Made by a program: the position numbers and the translations under genes. A stretch of DNA of 54,914 nt, counting the filler, from Sluysia triapertura (Eukaryota), in the NCBI GenBank assembly GCA_046118255.1. It is 4 parts of 4 records of this genome, joined end to end, with 100 filler letters (N's around TTAATTAATTAA, not from the genome) between each part and the next. Parts side by side here need not be neighbours in the genome. Positions count along the whole stretch, not along the records: positions 16,288 to 29,579 come from JBJNIA010048122.1; positions 29,680 to 42,902 come from JBJNIA010051449.1; 2 more parts are not named here. One strand, written 5' to 3'. Of the stretch, positions 25,561-36,385 are shown in pieces. The notes under the pieces are model-generated. The model was not told where the DNA came from. It saw only the letters and a program-made list of their open reading frames with translations, and did no database searches. How positions within the stretch are numbered: position 1 is the first letter of the stretch; every line of letters starts with the position of its first letter.

Positions 25561-26859
25561 TTTAAACAGATTATAATATACTTAAATTACAATAACTTAT
25601 TATATAATGTTACTTTTGAATTTCATAAACAATATTTTAAAATCGATCTTAATAATGCATCGGTACACATGTACCCTGTTACTTTTGAATTTCATAAAGA
25701 TTATTTTAACTTCTGTAAACATAAGATAGAATATTTTAAAGTTGATCATAATAATGTATCAGTATATGTGTACCCTGATATTTTCGAATCTTATAAGAAT
25801 CATGATGATGTTATTAAACATAAGACTAAACACTACGTTAAAGTTTCTGATTATAGTATACCAGTACAGTTGTATTCTGGCACGTTTAAGTTTTTCGGAA
25901 ATGATGGTACTCCTGTCCAAACCCATCCGGCAACTCTATCAAAGTCAACACAGCACCAACAACAAACCAGAAAATCTATCACAATTAATAGCGGCTTCGA
26001 ATGCAACGACTGCAATGACGCCATAGTCATCAACATAAAATGCGTCGCGTGCTCCCTTAACGTAACCAGAAAAATCTGCTCTAGGGTTCAGGTTAAGACC
26101 CTATATGATATTACTGATCATAAGGATGTTTGGTTCTCATATAAGACCAAACCACTACGGGATAACTTAACCCTATGCGATTATAGCATTTTTGACGGGG
26201 CTATAATCGCGATCACACACAAGTTAACCGGCGGTTCTGATGTTGACGCCGATGACCCACTCGCAGACAATAAGGCCCAAAAGAGAACCCCATCTTGTGA
26301 CACACCCTTCTTCACAGATGAAAACGGGTCCCCAAATACTTGGTTTTTGGTGGTCGAGTCACACTTTAAAAGGAATTTAGTGCGAAGACAGACCGCCAAA
26401 TTCCATCAATTACTGCCACTCTTACCACAACCCCTTCTAACCAAATTAAGTAATAAAATCCCAATTTGCCTGTAGTCCGCCAATGCATATGACGACCTAA
26501 AAGAAGTCATACTGCAGCATTACCGCCCAGACACGCGAAAGGTCTTCCAAGACTATTTCAAGAAACAATCACTTGGAAACCTCTCACCATCAGAATTCCT
26601 GTCCAAGATCAAAACTGATCTACGCCCATTCGGATGCGACAAGGACGAAAATCACGACGTCCTTAAGAGGTTATTCCTTGACGCAATGCCAGACATAGTC
26701 AAGGTAGTTCTGGCTGTCAGTCGCACCACGGATATTGACGATCTGGCCCTCTTAGCAGACAGTATCCTAATTCAATGGCGTACCGATCACCCAGACAAAG
26801 TCAATCTGATACAGGGCGCAACAAGCACACATACTTCACCAGTGGCCAAAATGATATAA
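25561..26859 (+). mobile_element. gag: Gypsy (CsRn1-like) gag ORF with N-terminal extension and ubiquitin-like domain; one in-frame TAG at 26473-26475; pol absent
   Basis: The frame is open from 25561 (first ATG 25669). UBL C-terminus KPLRDNLTLCDYSIFDGAIIAITHKLTGG ends at 26235. Gag follows: PFF...PNTWFLVVESHF...QTAKFHQLLPLLP...*SANAYDDLKEVILQHY...QSLGNLSPSEFLSKI...LKRLFLDAMPDIVKVVLAV...IDDLALLADSIL, to TAA at 26857-26859. GC content is visibly higher than in the flanks. Confidence 0.85.
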
Positions 26860-26977
26860 AACTAAATGGAATTTCTTTTAATATCTTTAACTTCATTAAT
26901 TCTCCTTTACAACTCTCTTTCATATTTCTTTTACATTATTATAATGAACAATATTTTCCATCAACAAACGTTTCGTA

Positions 26978-27050
26978 ATGCTGTGGTTTTCTTAATGCTA
27001 AACCTACGGCAAAATAAAATTGAGCAGGGTCCGGTTACAATAAGAGTCTT
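26978..27050 (+). repeat. Repeat family B, copy 3
   Basis: atgctgtggttttcttaatgctaaacctacggcaaaataaaattgagcagggtccggttacaataagagtctt matches 1842-1915. Confidence 0.75.
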
Positions 27051-27189
27051 ACAACTAATAGTTGACATCTCTGTAGCTTATAAGTGAAAAAAGGTCGTAC
27101 TTAACATATTTAATATTACTTTTAATACTTTAGAGTGTCTCAAATCTATTTATCGATTAACAATTAACAAAAGTCAAATTTTATTATTA

Positions 27190-27851
27190 AAAATACAAAG
27201 GAATTAAGTACGATAATAATAGTAGTAATAGTATAATTTATAATCAAAATTTTTTACAAATCTTTGATTTTAATTTATAATTTTAATGAAAAATTCCTCT
27301 AATTACATCGAGGATATAAAAAAATTTAATTAAATGAAATATTGTAAATGGATTTTAATATTTTTATCTTCTCCTGGAAGATAAAAATACCTTACAAAAA
27401 ACGAATTACCGTTAGCATGGAAAATAGAGTATCCAGAATTTCCAAATTATATAGCTGTTCCAAATGATGCTGTAACAAAGATTTGAATTGGTAAGTCACC
27501 TGACAAAAATTGATACCAAAATAGCGTGAAGCAATTAACTAAAAATATGGCGATAAGCAACTAACTAATAAAATGGCGATTTTCATTAAACTGATGCTGG
27601 TTTATATACTGGTCATCAGCCAATGAAAATCAATGGAATGTTCTAGAACATTCTAGAAGTTTCTGTTCTATTTATAGAAGCAAAGTTTCCTTTTTAGAAT
27701 TTCTATTTTCTTTTTTTGAAAATAAAATTTCTTTTTTGGAAAATAAATGTTTTTTGGGTATTTGGAAACTCTAAAATATTTGTTAAATGATTTAAATGAA
27801 ATTTTAATAATATTTTTGATAATTTTAGGGGGTTGTGATGGCAACCTAACA
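27190..27851 (-). repeat. Repeat family A, copy 3 (inverted relative to copy 2)
   Basis: The reverse complement starts TGTTAGGTTgccatcacaacc. It contains ttctagaatgttctagaa, attggctg, tatataa and a perfect 13-bp hairpin at 27359-27389. Confidence 0.75.
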
Positions 27852-27907
27852 GTAACATAAGTTTCAAGGAGAATGTATAGAAAGATATTCAATTAAATGA
27901 AAGTTGT

Positions 27908-28061
27908 NNNNNNNNNNNNNNNNNNNNNNNNNNNNNNNNNNNNNNNNNNNNNNNNNNNNNNNNNNNNNNNNNNNNNNNNNNNNNNNNNNNNNNNNNNNNN
28001 NNNNNNNNNNNNNNNNNNNNNNNNNNNNNNNNNNNNNNNNNNNNNNNNNNNNNNNNNNNNN
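27908..28061. other. Assembly gap (N run)
   Basis: Run of n. Confidence 0.99.
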
Positions 28062-29504
28062 TTATTGTTACTAATTATTTTACTGTCAACTTTGACAGTT
28101 TTCTACTTACCAGTTAATTTAGTTACTGTTAATTATTGACAGCTTTTAATTTGTTTTTCAATTTCTTTGATGTCATCATTGGACATTCTTTTGTTGGTGA
28201 TAAAGATCTGTTTTCATTGGTTACTAAAAATTGTTCTTCATGAATACGAGATGGTATTGGTCGTTTAAATTATGTACATTCAATTTAGTGCAGTATTTTA
28301 TTCACAAGTGCAATTTACAAATTTGCTTACAATTCGAGAATCATTTTTCTTTAGAATGAATTTAAAATTAACAAAAATTAAAGTACACAGATCATAAGAA
28401 TCACTAAATTTATCTAATTATGCAGACAGATAATATTGAAGATAATGTAAATATACAAAGCCAATTTATATTGTTTATACTTTCATTTACGTTAAATAAT
28501 GAACAACAACCTACTTATTTTAGCTTTCATAGTAATCACGCTCAAGTAGAACTGTCAATAAATACATAGTTTTTAACGCGAGAACGTTTCAGAATACACT
28601 TTTACCTACAAGTTCTATGTCAGAAAAATTAAATTGATGATTAAAAATTATTTTGATGATAATATGTTAACAACGTCAACGACGATAAAAACTCAGCATT
28701 TTGACTTCGATCAGTTTGATATTAATAAAATAGATACTGACAATAATGACAATTTATTTAATTTAACTATTTAATTTATTCGACACTCCTTTTAAGTTTT
28801 GGTGATAATAATGATGACGATACCGAATTAGACATTGAACCAGATTTATTAGATGCAGAAAAATTATGGCAAAATGATACTCCAAATACACTTTGTAATA
28901 ATATTTCTACGTGTGAAACAACGTGTAATTTCATTGAAACCGAATTAGCTTGTCGAATAGTATCGTGTTTTTTTAAATATCGTACTCAAACAAATGAACC
29001 TTTAGTTTTTATAACTATCTCAATTAAATTTCAACTCTTGAAGACTTAATTCGTTCAAAAAACTATTTAAATGTCGATTTACTTAGTCTAACAGGATGAT
29101 TTAATACCTTTATTTTATTTAAGTATCGTTATCAAAATTAACACCTTAGTATGGTTTTATTCGATCTTTTGTAATCTTCAAAATTATGCTTGGGTTATAT
29201 TTCGTGGACAAATATTTTAATATCTTCTTTTCTTTATTTGGGATAGCTTTATTATCTAATTTTCTTTTCTTGATTCTTCGATTCTTGATATCAAATTTTA
29301 ATTCTTAATAATATTTGTCTTAAACTCTTTTTCAATTATTATTGAAAGTCTGCTATTTTCTTTATTATCTTTAATCGCTTTAGTTATTAGGACAAACTTA
29401 AATTTAACAAAATTTTCTAAACAAATACGACTATTTTTTTCGTAAAATTTTAACTTTAACTATTTTTTAAAATCTTTCAATAATTAGTAAAACAATACAA
29501 AACT

Positions 29505-29579
29505 TTAACCCCTTAACGCGCGTTTTTTATTAAAGAAAAAGGTTATAAATAATCGTTTTTTTTATTTCACATAATTAAT
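29505..29579 (+). mobile_element. Probable piggyBac-type left end running into a gap
   Basis: TTAA followed by ccccttaacgcgcg. Confidence 0.35.
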
Positions 29580-29679
29580 NNNNNNNNNNNNNNNNNNNNN
29601 NNNNNNNNNNNNNNNNNNNNNNNTTAATTAATTAANNNNNNNNNNNNNNNNNNNNNNNNNNNNNNNNNNNNNNNNNNNN
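29580..29679. other. Assembly gap with TTAATTAATTAA spacer
   Basis: N44-TTAATTAATTAA-N44. Confidence 0.97.
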
Positions 29680-30307
29680 TTTTGACAAGCTTTAAAATCC
29701 TACGTGAACGTCCTTATAGGTAAGATAAATCGTTTAGCGTAGGCGGACCCAGCTTCCAAAATTTATTTTATAATTGTTCGAGTAGATAGAAACCGAACAA
29801 ATGCATTGTTGTTGATAAGATATGCTTATGCATTCGTATTCTATTCAATTACTATCATTGACTTTTAATTCACGTAATGTTGGTATAAACAAATACAAAA
29901 TAAAATCTTTATAAGCTTGATTACGAGTACTTATCAAACAAGTCCATAAAATAGACGATAGTTTTAAACTATTTTTGTAAATTTTTGAATAAACTTAAAT
30001 ATTACGATTGAAAATGAATTATCATTTTGAGATTTACAAAATACTCAAATTTAACATCGTTCAGTGATGATGATGACTTTAATCGATTATACATAAACAA
30101 ATCAGCCGCATTAACTTTTTTATCATTAAATTGTGAATAATTCTTATTTTTTAACTAATTAATTTTTGGTTTTATTTTGACTTGCTTTCTAAGTTATTAA
30201 AATAGTGAGTTTAGTCTCGTTTTGGTTTGCAATTAAAATTTTTTGTTTGTAACTTCTCTATTTTTAGCTTTTTTATTTTCTGACGAGTATGTTATTAATC
30301 AATAATC

Positions 30308-30371
30308 ATTGGACGTCCAATAACAACAATTATATTGAGACACAAAATAGTACTGATTGGACGTCCAATCA
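30308..30371. promoter_or_regulatory. Two copies of the palindrome ATTGGACGTCCAAT (divergent CCAAT boxes around ACGT)
   Basis: 14-bp perfect palindrome at 30308-30321 and an 18-bp version at 30354-30371. Confidence 0.45.
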
Positions 30372-31999
30372 ATGTTAGATAATTTACAACGTTGAGAATT
30401 TGTTGTGTGTAAATATGCAATTGAGTAACAACAAATTAACGCGCTAAGCAACTGTTATCAGTCGACAGTTAATAAGGTATGTTGAAATATTTAAAATTAA
30501 ACTTCATACTGTTGTGACAGACTGATTAAAAATGATAATTGTGTAATGATAATGATAATAGTGATAAAATTAATTTTAATAATAATAAATTTTATAAAAT
30601 AATAATAATAATAATTAAAATAAAATAATAATATACACTTAAGAAATAAATACATAAATCTTTCTTTCTTAACATAATTTCTTAATAAAATGACAAATGT
30701 AATGAAATAGTAATGATATATATATATATATATATCAAAATGCATAAACTGATTCTTCCAATTCTTTGTATATTAAATTCTTTACTCTCATTACTTAAGT
30801 TCTTATTATTTATTTTCTTCTAGAGTTCTTTACAAAAAATGATTTAAATGAAGTTCTTTTTGGATTAAAATAACTTTAACGTATGAGTTTAATGTTTTTC
30901 GATGATATAAAAGATTGAGTATTGAATGATGGTAAACTTGAAATGTTTGGATTATTTTTAAAATGGATATTTGATAGTTTAAGATGATTCTAATGTTGTA
31001 AAAAGTTATGAGTTAAAATGTTTTAAATGATATTTGAAATGTACATTGATGGTTTGAATGAAATTATAGTTTCGATGTTGTAGGGTTTTGAATTTAAAAT
31101 ATTTTGAAATGTGAAAAGTTTTTTATGGGCCTAAGAAAATTAGAATGTGAAATGTAAGAAATTGTGATGTTCTTTGTAAAATAATGATTTTGAATTTTAA
31201 ATTAAAAGGTTGGCCACCACAATTATTATGCCTCAATGAAATATTCATCTTAGTTTCCAAATTTTTATTATTTCTCAGAGATATTCAGGACTCTCCTAAT
31301 GTAAGCATTTGTAAATTATTGTCATGATTTTGAATTCTACCCTTCCTTTTATTGGTAACCAATGTAATTCCTTGTGATCTTCCCACTAGAAGAATTAGTC
31401 TTGCTGCTTTATTAATTGTATTTTTTCCATTTTTCTATATTATTAATATGAGTAATATGTTGTTAAAAGAAGTAACTTTCCATCGACGAATATTTCTTGA
31501 AAGCTTCCTGAATAAATCGAAAATAAACTAACACATCTTTCTTAAATAGTATCTTCCCAATAAATCGTTGAACAGTTATAGAATTGTAAATTTCCGTTTA
31601 AAATGAATCGTTTTTAAATAATCAATCAATTATTATACTTTCGAATTGAAATTACGAGACTATCGTATCAATTTTGATTTTTTACAAAATTCTATGATGT
31701 TGAAGTTAAATAATTTATAATGGGCACTGTCTACAAATGTGTTTTTATGCTGATTCAGCTTATATTATCAAAATCACATACTTCTATGGCGTATCGTAAA
31801 GCTTAAAGCCCCATTTTAATATTATATTTTTATTGTCATAAGAACACAGTATTCTTCAATAATATTAGATTAAATGTTAAATAAAATGTTTATTAAATTA
31901 TGTTTGAATGCTTTTTAAGTGTTTGATTACACTCGAATATTATAATAATTATTGAATGTTTGAAATACTGAAAACAGTATGTGAACAAGATCATTTTAA

Positions 32000-32260
32000 A
32001 TTGAGATTACATGGAAATAGTATGAAACCCAAATTTATAGTAATAGTTTTGCTGATAATGTATCAGACGAGTCACTAAAGTGCAGATTTTTGAATGGAAA
32101 ACGGAAATTTTTGTATAGAGTCGAACAAGAACCAAAATCAATAGAAATGCCAGGCATCGGAGAAGTGTTTTAATGTTACGGAGCTTAACTGTTACAGTTA
32201 AATAATGCAAACAGTAGATGTTGGATTTCTGTTATTCTTTAGGCACTTAATTTAAAAATT
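32000..32260 (-). mobile_element. Decayed CR1-like RT C-terminal fragment
   Basis: Similar to 3900-3990 (g.gtcga.caa..a..aaaat). Translation LVLVRLYTKISVF...VTRLIHYQQ occupies the position of the VRP.LEY...LE.VQ motif. Confidence 0.3.
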
Positions 32261-34169
32261 TGCTTAATAAACATTGTTTTTATTTAAAAAACTGTTGAAA
32301 AAAAATTTCATAAGTACTTGATCATCACGGAAAACTTTGGAAACTTCGAGTAATTTATAATGTTTGCCTTAACACTTTAAGCATCTCAATGTATTCAGCA
32401 TACAAGCTTTTGTATAGGTCATTATATTTTGAACCTTTGAAGACGTGATCTTAATCAAGATTTAAATTTAAATTTAGTTTTTGGATCTGCAATTACTTGA
32501 ATTACTTTTTAATCAAAACATTTGAGCAAATGCACAGTTATTGTCGAGTACTGTTCAAAAAAATTGTTGGAGTTCTTAAGAGTTAAGAAATATAAAATAT
32601 TTTGTTAGAAATATCTTCGGTGAATTCAAAACTTAATTAACAATTTAAATTTAGTGGCATGTCAATAAAAATAACTTTGCATCAGAATCCTTTAACAATG
32701 TCACAGAAAATATCGATGTTATGTCATCTAATGTTGTTTTACTTAAGTGTGATTAACCTACTATTATTAATAAATAGTTTCATAATATACAATCTGAATA
32801 ATAAAAATAACGTATTATAAAATAATAATAGAAATCTAAAAATAAAATAATAAAAAGTAAAATAAATTAATTTTCTTTGCATTGCTTCTCGTTCTAAAAA
32901 ATAAAATATTTATTACTGGATGTTAATTACTTGGAAATTTGTATTATTTATGTGAAAAGTAGCCAGGAAAATTTAATATAATACCGAACAAAATTAAAAA
33001 GAGTTACAGATCGCTCATTTGGAACTCATCAAATACAACGTCGAATTATTTCATTGATATTCACGTTATGTAGCTGTTACTTCCTATTGCTCAAGTATTT
33101 GCTTGTGCTATTCAATCACTAAATCAATTGTAAAAATTCGTAAACTTTACCTACGTGTAAAGGATAAAACCCACTTTCCGTTATTTCAGTTATGAAAATG
33201 ATAAAATCATTTTAAATTCAGTTTTTCACAATTTAAACTTCAAATCTAAATCTAACTTGATTTACACTTTTAAGATGATAATAACAAAATCAATTTTTTT
33301 GAAGTTAAGTTATACACTCATTTGAAGGAGTCAATTAATATTAGTGAATTTTTGATTACGTATTATTAGTTTTTATATTTTGTGATATTATTTTGATAGT
33401 CTTACCTGTGATTTAACCAGTCATTGTAGATAATGCATTCCCGTCAATACATTATAAACTAGGTTAATATTTAACATAGTCTTAAATAAATTGTGTTAGT
33501 GATTTTTTAAACTCGAATTAAGACATTAACCAAATTAACGTTTTACGTAATAATTTAATTTAAACCCACTTGGTTAAGTTAATAAAAATCCTACAAGTGC
33601 GTCTTTCTAAAGAATATTAAACGTTTGCTGAAGACAGACCCGTAATATATTAATTATTTTTTCAAGAGTAAGAAAATACTAACATAAGGCTTGTCCACGA
33701 GGTTTTTAGTCAAGGACTGAAATGTCAAAGTTCAATGTGTAATTTTGTTACAAATAAATTTTATTTATTCCATTTCAACGGTTTTTTTCTGTTTTGGTTG
33801 ATCTAATATTTTCTTAATCTTTTCCATTTGCTCTTTATCTTTTCGCTTCTTTTGTTCTCTTTTTTATTTATCTTTTATATATATTTTCTAGCTTAAAATC
33901 TCATTAAATGCGCCATTCGTATAATTACTCCAACAAATGCGCGGTGGCCGAGATCATTACTCGAGATTTATGATTGCATCTATGATTGCACAACAACTGC
34001 TACATATCTCTAAACCTTCTACGAAACATTTCATAAATCTTGCATCTCATCGCTTTAATCCCAATGTAAAATTGTATGACTTAACCGATTTTAACATCAT
34101 TGTTGTTATTACTGTCATAGCGCGATTATTATTAGTGTTATTATCATAGTTATTTTTCACTTATTATTT

Positions 34170-34790
34170 GTCGTGAAGCGTGATCCAAATTATAATTATC
34201 TTGAAGATCGAAATAAGTTAATTGTGATACTATTCCGCAGAAACTAATTAGAAAGGACAGCCTATTTTAGCTAAAATTGTGAACGAACATGTAAGGAATC
34301 GCTATTTGAATGCATTCATATATATACAATAATAAATAAATAAACATTGCCCAAAAGTATTTAAAGAAGTTGGAAATGAAACAATAAAATGTGCTGAAAA
34401 TCTCAAGGAAAAACGAAATGACTTAAGAGTAGAAATTCCTAATATTTGACATCCTGATGTTACAATTGGTCAAGACGAAGAGGAAATGGTTGATACAAAT
34501 ACTACGGTGTTACAAATACTACTAACATTTGATCTAAAGTTGATGGTTTCAACTTTAAAAAAGAACTTAACTCTGGAAATAGATGTTATTATTCATTTGA
34601 ATTATTACTTGACTTAAACCGTTCATGAATGAATCTGGATATGCACGTGCCTCTCCATCTTGTACGTGAATAAAGATGCCGTAAAATATGCTGCACAATT
34701 AAGTCAATAACTGTACGAACCTGTATGTCGACCACTGAAATCCAGAACGATGAGCGTGGAGAAGAAGAGTCTTATAGCATGAATAGTTCA
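34170..34790 (+). pseudogene. SARS1: Seryl-tRNA synthetase (cytosolic type) pseudogene fragment
   Basis: Collinear remnants across frameshifts: ETIKCAENLKEKRNDLRVEIPNI*HPDVTIGQDEEE (cf. EIGNLLHPSVPISNDED), DGFNFKK..SGNRCYY (cf. DGFEGEKG..AGSRGYF), KDAVKYAAQLSQ*LYE (cf. KEVMQEVAQLSQFDEELY), EKKSLIA (cf. EKYLIATSE). Confidence 0.75.
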
Positions 34791-34903
34791 TAACTTAAGA
34801 AAGGTTGGTAATATTAATAAAGAAAATGTGTAAACTATTAATGTGCTACGTGGTTTTTTGAAAGTAAAAATTGTTTCACAAAGAAATTATATTTTATTTT
34901 GTG

Positions 34904-34904
<1 letters not shown>

Positions 34905-34943
<39 letters not shown>
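34905..34943. repeat. (TTA)n microsatellite
   Basis: Direct reading. Confidence 0.95.
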
Positions 34944-34946
<3 letters not shown>

Positions 34947-35244
34947 TATCTCTTAACTGGAAATATTCCAGTTCTCTAAAATTTCGATTAATTCAAATAA
35001 TATTGCGCTTCTTTTTAATTTTCGAGTGATATTTGTAGTAAAAACATACGAGGAAATATGCATTAAATGTTTTATTATAAATTTATTATCGGTTAGATAT
35101 AATTTCAGTACGTTAGATATATTTTATAAATTAATATTATATGCCCTTTATTTCTATTTTAACATTAAATGCATTTTATAGAAGTAAATATTATACATTT
35201 TATTGCGGTTTTATTACTCTTCGAATATAAAATATTCTATAAAA

Positions 35245-35307
<63 letters not shown>
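35245..35307. repeat. (ATT)n microsatellite
   Basis: Direct reading; it produces the spurious poly-Ile ORF. Confidence 0.95.
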
Positions 35308-35399
35308 TGGCAAATAAAATTTGACTTTTATTGTTTTCGTCAAATCATACTTTTCCATAAGGGCTTTGACATCTTTGTTGTCGAGAATGTCTCATCTCA

Positions 35400-35580
35400 G
35401 TAAAATTTTGATTAAATATATTTTGTTTTAATTTTTCAGTTTCTTGCATAATGTCCACACTTACCACAGTTGTCGCAAATTATTTCTTTTGTTTATGCCT
35501 TATACATACTGTCGTATTTTAGGGGTGTTGCTTCTATTTCTATAAATGTTTTGGTTATTAATATTGGAGTTAAATGGTCT
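35400..35580 (-). mobile_element. Retrotransposon Gag zinc-knuckle remnant
   Basis: Minus strand EIICDNCGKCGHYARN*K is CX2CX4HX4C with the last Cys mutated to TGA. Confidence 0.6.
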
Positions 35581-35639
35581 GTGGCGGACTAACCCATAAA
35601 TCATGAATTTCCTAACTTCAAAACCTCAAATGGTACCTT

Positions 35640-36300
35640 AAAATTTCACTATCTTCGTTGTCATCCTAGTGATAAAATTCCATGTTCCGTTTGTGTATTG
35701 AATTTATAACTGAAAAAGAACGATAAAATGTCGAAACGTGAAATAATTCACGAATCAGTGATGGGTAAAGATATAGAAATAAAACGACACACACTAAAAC
35801 AAAACGTGTCAAATGTTGTGAAATATTTTAATAATGGTATTTTAAAGGCGGACTTTTTATGAACTAAAGATGTGTTATTTACATATCTTCTGAACATTGT
35901 GATTTCCGGAGAAGTTTGAAAACATTTTTGAAAAGAATATCATCAGAATATAGTTCAGTTGCGATGAATTCGAAAAAAGTTTTTTACGTTCTAAAAATTC
36001 GAATTTTGAAAAGATCTGTCGATCCATTTCAAAGTCCATTCTGTTGAAATTCTAATGAGATTGGTCATCTTCGTGTGAAAGAACATATTGTGATATTGAT
36101 ATTAATGTTCCAGTCAATATTAAAGATTAATACTATGAGATGAAATCGGAGTTTGTTCAAGGTTTTTACTGAAAGATCTTTAAATGAATGTTGAAATATT
36201 TTAAAATTATCTTTATGAAACTTCTATTCATACTTAATTATATATTAATTGACATTTTCCCGACACCTCCAAAGCAATCAGATATCTGCCAATATTACAA
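35640..36300 (-). mobile_element. Possible decayed Penelope-like RT
   Basis: Remnants EFQQNG..GS (cf. QxxGxxMGS) and PEITMFRRYVNNTSL (cf. W.RYVDDTF). Confidence 0.35.
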
Positions 36301-36315
36301 GGATTTTTATTCAAA

Positions 36316-36316
<1 letters not shown>

Positions 36317-36385
<69 letters not shown>

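Noticed and set aside
25742-26399. Overlapping ORFs 25742-26026 (+), 25851-26036 (-), 26181-26399 (-), and nearby 26775-26978 (+)
   Set aside because: They are shadow frames of the GC-richer UBL-gag ORF with no recognisable motifs.
27897-28139. 80-aa ORF
   Set aside because: It spans an N gap and is an artefact.
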